DNA of 64,000 nucleotides from Escherichia coli (GTDB lineage Bacteria; Pseudomonadota; Gammaproteobacteria; Enterobacterales; Enterobacteriaceae): NCBI RefSeq assembly GCF_030013205.1, contig NZ_CP122648.1; one strand, 5' to 3'. Shown piece by piece: positions 57,708 to 64,000 of this stretch (position 1 is its first letter; each line of letters starts with the position of its first letter). The notes under the pieces were generated by a model. It saw only the letters and a program-made list of their open reading frames with translations, ran no database searches and was not told where the DNA came from. The position numbers and the translations under genes were made by a program.

Positions 57708-58301
57708 TCACTCCTTGAGAATAGTTTTTATCGCTTCCCCCGCCAGTGCAGCTGTTGCACAGAGTTGTTCGATGGAGTGCCCCTCCCGTGCCTTCGCAGA
57801 AAGCCCTGACATCACGGTACTCATAAAATCAGTCACACATTGTGCGCTTTGTGGATGCCGCCTGGCGATATAGTCATAAATGGTCGTTTCTGCGGCGTGA
57901 TAATATTGAACGGCAATATCACGCGCTTGTGGATCATGACTATGAATACCTTCAAGAACCATACAGCCAGCGCAGCCGCCGTTTTGGCTATATCTGCGCG
58001 CCGCTTCTTTTAATACCTCAACCAGGCACTCGCCTACCGGACGATCATCACGAAGAATATCGGCAAGCGGAATAGCTTCCGTACCGACATATTCATTGAG
58101 TACACGGCTAAATAACCCAACTTTACTGCCAAAAGCTGCGTAGAGGCTCGGGGGGTTAATACCAAGATAATCAGTAACTTCAGCAACACTGACAGCATCG
58201 AAACCTTTTTGGTGAAAAAGCACTTTTGCCGCAGAGACTGCCTGCTCAGGAGCGAAACGTCTGGGACGACCTGGAACGCGAGATTGTTTTTTAGTGACCA
58301 T
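57708..58301 (-). CDS. bdcR: BdcR (YjgJ) TetR-family transcriptional regulator (197 aa)
   Basis: MVTKKQSRVPGRPRRFAPEQAVSAAKVLFHQKGFDAVSVAEVTDYLGINPPSLYAAFGSK... (TetR HTH); divergent from bdcA. Confidence 0.9.
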   Translation of the reverse strand: MVTKKQSRVPGRPRRFAPEQAVSAAKVLFHQKGFDAVSVAEVTDYLGINPPSLYAAFGSKVGLFSRVLNEYVGTEAIPLADILRDDRPVGECLVEVLKEAARRYSQNGGCAGCMVLEGIHSHDPQARDIAVQYYHAAETTIYDYIARRHPQSAQCVTDFMSTVMSGLSAKAREGHSIEQLCATAALAGEAIKTILKE

Positions 58302-58371
58302 TACAAAACTTGTTGACAGAAAGTTAAAACAGTTTTGTAATGCATGTTACATAATAAATCAAGGAGTCCTT

Positions 58372-59085
58372 ATGGGCGCTTTTACAGGTAAGACAGTTCT
58401 CATCCTCGGTGGCAGTCGTGGAATCGGTGCCGCTATCGTACGTCGTTTCGTCACTGATGGGGCCAATGTACGATTCACCTATGCGGGGTCGAAAGATGCC
58501 GCTGAACATCTGGCACAAGAGACTGGAGCGACAGCAGTATTTACAGATAGTGCTGACAGAGACGCTGTCATTGATGTCGTTCGTAAGAGCGGCGCATTGG
58601 ATATCCTGGTGGTAAATGCAGGTATTGGCGTCTTTGGCGATGCCCTGGAATTAAATGCCGACGATATTGATCGCCTTTTCAAAATCAATATTCATGCTCC
58701 TTATCATGCCTCTGTTGAAGCCGCCCGGCAGATGCCCGAAGGCGGGCGCATCTTAATCATCGGCTCCGTGAATGGCGATCGTATGCCTGTTGCAGGCATG
58801 GCTGCTTATGCCGCCAGCAAATCTGCCCTGCAAGGCATGGCGCGCGGGCTGGCCCGTGATTTTGGACCGCGTGGGATCACCATTAACGTCGTCCAGCCAG
58901 GGCCAATTGATACCGACGCTAATCCCGCCAACGGGCCAATGCGCGATATGTTGCATAGTTTGATGGCTATCAAAAGACATGGGCAACCGGAAGAGGTCGC
59001 TGGTATGGTCGCATGGTTAGCAGGGCCAGAAGCCAGTTTTGTTACCGGCGCGATGCATACCATTGATGGCGCGTTTGGCGCATAA
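58372..59085 (+). CDS. bdcA: BdcA (YjgI) short-chain dehydrogenase/reductase (237 aa)
   Basis: ATG at 58372 with SD AAGGAG; MGAFTGKTVLILGGSRGIGAAIVRRF... (Rossmann GxxxGxG), YAASK catalytic motif. Confidence 0.92.
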   Translation: MGAFTGKTVLILGGSRGIGAAIVRRFVTDGANVRFTYAGSKDAAEHLAQETGATAVFTDSADRDAVIDVVRKSGALDILVVNAGIGVFGDALELNADDIDRLFKINIHAPYHASVEAARQMPEGGRILIIGSVNGDRMPVAGMAAYAASKSALQGMARGLARDFGPRGITINVVQPGPIDTDANPANGPMRDMLHSLMAIKRHGQPEEVAGMVAWLAGPEASFVTGAMHTIDGAFGA

Positions 59086-59215
59086 CCGACTACGCTCAAT
59101 TAAGCCCAGCCATTATCCATGATGTCTGGGTTTTGTTTACTCACGTCGTCCGCTAAAAGCGGCTCCCGGTAAAGAGAAATCTTCTGTTCATGTCGTAAAT
59201 CTTGAGGATAACCAA

Positions 59216-59611
59216 ATGGTAGAAAGAACCGCTGTTTTCCCTGCTGGCCGACATTCACTGTATGCTGAGCATCGTTATTCTGCGGCTATTCGTTCCGGCG
59301 ATTTGCTGTTTGTTTCCGGGCAAGTAGGAAGTCGAGAGGACGGAACACCAGAACCCGATTTTCAGCAACAAGTCAGACTGGCATTTGATAATTTGCATGC
59401 GACCCTGGCTGCTGCGGGATGCACTTTTGACGATATCATTGATGTTACGAGCTTTCATACCGATCCGGAAAAACAATTTGAAGACATCATGACGGTCAAA
59501 AATGAAATATTTAGCGCCCCTCCTTATCCAAACTGGACGGCGGTGGGCGTTACCTGGCTGGCAGGCTTTGATTTTGAAATTAAAGTGATAGCGCGCATCC
59601 CTGAGCTGTAA
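59216..59611 (+). CDS. yjgH: YjgH, RidA/YjgF-family protein (131 aa)
   Basis: MVERTAVFPAGRHSLYAEHRYSAAIRSGDLLFVSGQVGSREDGTPEPDFQQQVRLAFDNL... Confidence 0.9.
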   Translation: MVERTAVFPAGRHSLYAEHRYSAAIRSGDLLFVSGQVGSREDGTPEPDFQQQVRLAFDNLHATLAAAGCTFDDIIDVTSFHTDPEKQFEDIMTVKNEIFSAPPYPNWTAVGVTWLAGFDFEIKVIARIPEL

Positions 59612-59891
59612 GCAATAGTGTTAGCCGTTCGTTTTCACACTCCGCCCTATAAGTCGGATGAATGGAATAAAATGCATATCTGATTGCGTGAAAGTGAAAA
59701 AGAAAAAAGCAGGAAATGTCTGCAATTATTGATACCGAACGACAGTTCTCCTCCAGAATCAAAGCAAATAAAAATGCATACATTTTGACTTTTAATTCAA
59801 ATAAACCGTTTGCGCTGACAAAATATTGCATCAAATGCTTGCACCGCTTCTGGCTATGAGTATAATGCCGGACAATTTGCCGGGAGGATGT

Positions 59892-60026
59892 ATGGTTCAG
59901 TGTGTTCGACATTTTGTCTTACCGCGTCTGAAAAAAGACGCTGGCCTGCCGTTTTTCTTCCCGTTGATCACCCATTCCCAGCCCCTCAATCGAGGGGCTT
60001 TTTTTTGCCCAGGCGTCAGGAGATAA
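59892..60026 (+). CDS. pyrL: PyrL, pyrBI operon leader peptide (44 aa)
   Basis: ATG at 59892: MVQCVRHFVLPRLKKDAGLPFFFPLITHSQPLNRGAFFCPGVRR; overlaps the attenuator hairpin. Confidence 0.9.
   Translation: MVQCVRHFVLPRLKKDAGLPFFFPLITHSQPLNRGAFFCPGVRR
59981..60006 (+). terminator. pyrBI transcription attenuator (GCCCCTCAATCGAGGGGC followed by T8)
   Basis: GC-rich hairpin plus TTTTTTTT inside the pyrL frame, 24 bp before pyrB. Confidence 0.9.
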
Positions 60027-60029
60027 AAG

Positions 60030-60965
60030 ATGGCTAATCCGCTATATCAGAAACATATCATTTCCATAAACGACCTTAGTCGCGATGACCTTAATCTGGT
60101 GCTGGCGACAGCGGCGAAACTGAAAGCAAACCCGCAACCAGAGCTGTTGAAGCACAAAGTCATTGCCAGCTGTTTCTTCGAAGCCTCTACCCGTACCCGC
60201 CTCTCTTTCGAAACATCTATGCACCGCCTGGGTGCCAGCGTGGTGGGCTTCTCCGACAGCGCCAATACATCACTGGGTAAAAAGGGCGAAACGCTGGCCG
60301 ATACCATTTCGGTTATCAGCACTTACGTCGATGCGATAGTGATGCGTCATCCGCAGGAAGGTGCGGCGCGCCTGGCCACCGAGTTTTCCGGCAATGTACC
60401 GGTACTGAATGCCGGTGATGGCTCCAACCAACATCCGACGCAAACCTTGCTGGACTTATTCACTATTCAGGAAACCCAGGGGCGTCTGGACAATCTCCAC
60501 GTCGCAATGGTTGGTGACCTGAAATATGGCCGCACCGTTCACTCCCTGACTCAGGCGTTAGCGAAGTTCGATGGCAACCGTTTTTACTTCATCGCGCCGG
60601 ACGCGCTGGCAATGCCGCAATACATTCTGGATATGCTCGATGAAAAAGGGATCGCATGGAGTCTGCACAGCTCTATTGAAGAAGTGATGGCGGAAGTAGA
60701 CATCCTGTACATGACCCGCGTGCAAAAAGAGCGTCTGGACCCGTCCGAGTACGCCAACGTGAAAGCGCAGTTTGTTCTTCGCGCCAGCGATCTCCACAAC
60801 GCCAAAGCCAATATGAAAGTGCTGCATCCGCTGCCGCGTGTTGATGAGATTGCGACGGATGTTGATAAAACGCCACACGCCTGGTACTTCCAGCAGGCAG
60901 GCAACGGGATTTTCGCTCGCCAGGCGTTACTGGCACTGGTTCTGAATCGCGATCTGGTACTGTAA
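60030..60965 (+). CDS. pyrB: PyrB aspartate carbamoyltransferase catalytic subunit (311 aa)
   Basis: [61 protein letters not shown]... Confidence 0.98.
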
Positions 60966-60977
60966 GGGGAAATAGAG

Positions 60978-61439
60978 ATGACACACGATAATAAATTGCA
61001 GGTTGAAGCTATTAAACGCGGCACGGTAATTGACCATATCCCCGCCCAGATCGGTTTTAAGCTGTTGAGTCTGTTCAAGCTGACCGAAACGGATCAGCGC
61101 ATCACCATTGGTCTGAACCTGCCTTCTGGCGAGATGGGCCGCAAAGATCTGATCAAAATCGAAAATACCTTTTTGAGTGAAGATCAGGTAGATCAACTGG
61201 CATTGTATGCGCCGCAAGCCACGGTTAACCGTATCGACAACTATGAAGTGGTGGGTAAATCGCGCCCCAGTCTGCCGGAGCGCATCGACAATGTGCTGGT
61301 CTGCCCGAACAGCAACTGTATCAGCCATGCCGAACCGGTTTCTTCCAGCTTTGCCGTGCGAAAACGCGCCAATGACATCGCGCTCAAATGCAAATACTGT
61401 GAAAAAGAGTTTTCCCATAATGTGGTGCTGGCCAATTAA
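60978..61439 (+). CDS. pyrI: PyrI aspartate carbamoyltransferase regulatory subunit (153 aa)
   Basis: [63 protein letters not shown]...; C-terminal Cys4 Zn motif. Confidence 0.98.
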
Positions 61440-61511
61440 TTGCGGTTGGTAATAAAAGTCTGGCTCCCTATAATGAGCCAGACTTTTTACCGCTGTAATA
61501 AAGGAGAAATC

Positions 61512-61898
61512 ATGAGCAAAACTATCGCGACGGAAAATGCACCGGCAGCTATCGGTCCTTACGTACAGGGCGTTGATCTGGGCAATATGATCATCACCTC
61601 CGGCCAGATCCCGGTAAATCCGAAAACGGGCGAAGTACCGGCAGACGTCGCTGCACAGGCACGTCAGTCGCTGGATAACGTAAAAGCGATCGTCGAAGCC
61701 GCAGGCCTGAAAGTGGGCGACATCGTTAAAACCACCGTGTTTGTGAAAGATCTGAACGACTTCGCAACCGTTAATGCTACCTACGAAGCCTTCTTCACCG
61801 AACACAATGCCACCTTCCCGGCACGTTCTTGCGTTGAAGTTGCCCGTCTGCCGAAAGACGTAAAAATTGAGATCGAAGCGATCGCTGTTCGTCGCTAA
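61512..61898 (+). CDS. ridA: RidA (YjgF) enamine/imine deaminase (128 aa)
   Basis: ATG at 61512 with SD AAGGAG; MSKTIATENAPAAIGPYVQGVDLGNMIITSGQIPVNPKTGEVPADVAAQARQSLDNVKAIV... Confidence 0.95.
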   Translation: MSKTIATENAPAAIGPYVQGVDLGNMIITSGQIPVNPKTGEVPADVAAQARQSLDNVKAIVEAAGLKVGDIVKTTVFVKDLNDFATVNATYEAFFTEHNATFPARSCVEVARLPKDVKIEIEAIAVRR

Positions 61899-61954
61899 TC
61901 TTGATGGAAATCCGGGCTATCATGCCCGGATTAAATCTGATGACAAACGCAAAA

Positions 61955-62055
61955 TTGCCTGATGCGCTACGCTTATCAGGCCTACGTGATTCCTGCAATT
62001 GATTGAATTTGTAGGCCGGATAAGGCATTTACGCCGCATCCGGCATGAACAACGC
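61955..62055. repeat. REP elements between ridA and mgtA
   Basis: GCCTGATGCGCTACGCTTATCAGGCCTACG and TGTAGGCCGGATAAGGCATTTACGCCGCATCCGGCA units. Confidence 0.85.
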
Positions 62056-62103
62056 TCACTTTGTCTGCAATCTGAATCGGGGCTATCGTGCCCAGTTTAT
62101 TCT

Positions 62104-64000
62104 TTACTGCCAGCCGTAACGACGGCTATAGAACCCTTTCACCAACTGGGTTAACGTCATATACCCTGCCAGAATCGCAACCAGCCACGGGAAATAGCTT
62201 AACGGCAGCGCCTGCAGCTGCAGATAACTGGCCAGCGGTGAAAACGGCAATGCGATCCCGACAATCATCACGATCACGGTCATGATCATTAACGGCCACG
62301 ATGCACAGCTCTGAATAAACGGCACACGGCGGGTACGGATCATATGCACAATCAGCGTTTGCGACAGTAAGCCCACCACAAACCATCCCGACTGGAACAG
62401 CGTTTGCGTTTCCGGCGTGTTGGCATGGAATACCCACCACATCAGGCAAAACGTCAGAATATCGAAGATCGAGCTGATCGGTCCGAAGAAGATCATAAAG
62501 CGCCCCAGATCCGCCGGATTCCAACGCTGCGGCTTTTGAATTTGCTCGTCGTCGACGTTATCAAACGGGATCGCCACCTGTGACACATCGTACAGCAGGT
62601 TCTGAATAAGCAAGTGTAACGGCAACATCGGCAGGAAGGGCAAGAAAGCACTCGCCACCAGCACGCTGAACACATTACCGAAGTTAGAGCTCGCCGTCAT
62701 TTTGATGTATTTCAGCATGTTGGCGAAAGTGCGACGTCCCTCAATAACCCCCTCTTCCAGCACCATCAGGCTTTTTTCCAGCAGGATGATATCAGCCGCT
62801 TCACGGGCAATATCTACCGCGCCGTCCACAGAAATGCCGATATCCGCAGCGCGTAAGGCGGGCGCATCATTAATACCATCGCCCATAAAGCCAACCACAT
62901 GCCCTTCGCGCTTCAGTAAGGTCACAATGCGTTCTTTATGCATCGGCGTCAGACGAGCAAACAGCGTGGTGCGCTGTGCGAGATTTGCCAGTTCGTCGTC
63001 AGATAGCGTTTCAATATCACTACCAATGACCACCTCTCCCGCGTCCAGCCCCACTTCATGGCACACTTTCGCTGCAACTAACTCACTGTCGCCAGTAAGG
63101 ATTTTTACGGTAATTCCACTCGCTTTTAATGCCTTCAGTGCCGGAGCAGTTGTCTCTTTTGGCGGATCAAGGAAAGCAATATATCCTTCGAGGATCAGGT
63201 CGGATTCATCCGCCCGCTGGTAATCTCCTTCACGCGCTGGCAGGTATTTCGTCGCCACCGCAACCACGCGCAGCCCCTGACGATTCAGCGTATCAGTAAC
63301 CCGCTTAATCTTACGCAGCATGATGTCATCGAGCGGCACAATCTCGCCATTGTGACGCACCTGCGAACACACATTGAGGATTTCCTGCAATGCACCTTTG
63401 CAAACCAGCTGATGGTGCTCGGTATTTTCTGCCACTACCACCGACATCCGGCGACGCTCGAAATCAAACGGAATCTCATCGATTTTTTGCCAACGACTGG
63501 CCAGCGAGCGCGCTGACTCTTCATCCGTACCTTCGAGCACCGCTGTATCGAGCAGGTTTTTAAGTCCGGTCTGATAATGACTGTTCAACCACGCGCTATG
63601 CAGCACGCGTTCGCTGGTTTTACCGGAGATATCGGTATGATTCTCCAGCACAATTTTGTCCTGTGTCAGGGTGCCAGTTTTATCAGTGCACAGAATATCC
63701 ATTGCGCCAAAGTTCTGAATAGCATCCAGATGTTTGACGATCACTTTCTGTTTCGACAGCTTTACTGCGCCGCGCGCCAGCGTCGAGGTAACAATCATCG
63801 GCAACATTTCCGGCGTTAAGCCTACCGCGACCGAAAGCGCAAACAGTGCCGCTTCCCACCAGTCGCCTTTGGTGTAACCATTGATTAACAGCACCACCGG
63901 AGCCATCACCAGCATAAAGCGAATCAGCAGCATACTGACGCGGCTGATCCCTTGCTGAAAGGCATTCGGCTCGCTTTCCTGCTCACTAACACGCCCCGCC
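62104..64000 (-). CDS. mgtA: MgtA P-type Mg2+-importing ATPase, C-terminal ~630 codons (5' end beyond window end)
   Basis: Open minus-strand frame to the window edge; P-type ATPase motifs CTDKTGTLT, MTGDGINDAPAL/MGDGINDAPALRAADIG region; track ORF 62104-63933 is the part after an internal Met. Confidence 0.93.
   Translation of the reverse strand, partial: AGRVSEQESEPNAFQQGISRVSMLLIRFMLVMAPVVLLINGYTKGDWWEAALFALSVAVGLTPEMLPMIVTSTLARGAVKLSKQKVIVKHLDAIQNFGAMDILCTDKTGTLTQDKIVLENHTDISGKTSERVLHSAWLNSHYQTGLKNLLDTAVLEGTDEESARSLASRWQKIDEIPFDFERRRMSVVVAENTEHHQLVCKGALQEILNVCSQVRHNGEIVPLDDIMLRKIKRVTDTLNRQGLRVVAVATKYLPAREGDYQRADESDLILEGYIAFLDPPKETTAPALKALKASGITVKILTGDSELVAAKVCHEVGLDAGEVVIGSDIETLSDDELANLAQRTTLFARLTPMHKERIVTLLKREGHVVGFMGDGINDAPALRAADIGISVDGAVDIAREAADIILLEKSLMVLEEGVIEGRRTFANMLKYIKMTASSNFGNVFSVLVASAFLPFLPMLPLHLLIQNLLYDVSQVAIPFDNVDDEQIQKPQRWNPADLGRFMIFFGPISSIFDILTFCLMWWVFHANTPETQTLFQSGWFVVGLLSQTLIVHMIRTRRVPFIQSCASWPLMIMTVIVMIVGIALPFSPLASYLQLQALPLSYFPWLVAILAGYMTLTQLVKGFYSRRYGWQ

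Noticed and set aside
60927-61805. 292-aa minus-strand ORF spanning pyrI and ridA
   Set aside because: Antisense to two well-supported genes and crosses their intergenic region; no plausible biology.
62702-63223. 173-aa plus-strand ORF inside mgtA
   Set aside because: Antisense to the P-type ATPase coding region; Ser/Ala-rich low-complexity product.

Overview
This window is an Escherichia coli chromosomal segment collinear, in inverted orientation, with the K-12 fim / nan / fec / leuX / pyrBI neighbourhood, but it is not K-12: IS content and island cargo differ. No CRISPR array and no rRNA were found. Left to right: (1) the type 1 fimbrial operon on the minus strand (fimH partial, fimG, fimF, fimD, fimC, fimI, fimA), the fimS invertible switch, and the fimE and fimB recombinases; (2) a long fimB-nanC regulatory region interrupted by a complete IS2 with a 5-bp target duplication, then nanC-nanM-nanS; (3) about 26 kb of leuX-associated accessory DNA: an HNH nuclease gene, a decayed CP4-type prophage remnant (DUF932, KlcA/ArdB antirestriction, RadC/JAB), IS66 and IS3 transposase remnants, a secreted 457-aa protein, the complete ferric citrate system fecIRABCDE, an IS911 copy split by IS30, and two AT-rich genes of unknown function; (4) a 7.3-kb integrative element delimited by a 28-bp direct repeat of the tRNA-Leu 3' end and abutting tRNA-Leu (leuX), carrying an XRE regulator, a 2-TM protein, a DUF4062-like protein translationally coupled to a resolvase-type serine recombinase, a frameshifted DUF1643 gene, a ~1 kb ORF-free segment with nested stem-loops, a NIPSNAP-like protein and a large tyrosine integrase; (5) core genome to the right of leuX: ahr, yjgR (no idn operon between them), lptG, lptF, pepA, holC, valS, yjgN (in-frame TGA), yjgM, rraB, argI, an IS1-disrupted yjgL-like gene, tabA, bdcR, bdcA, yjgH, pyrL-pyrB-pyrI, ridA and the 3' part of mgtA. 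The best candidate for an undescribed system is the cargo of the leuX-proximal 7.3-kb element. All family assignments come from reading the translations by eye; no database search was run.
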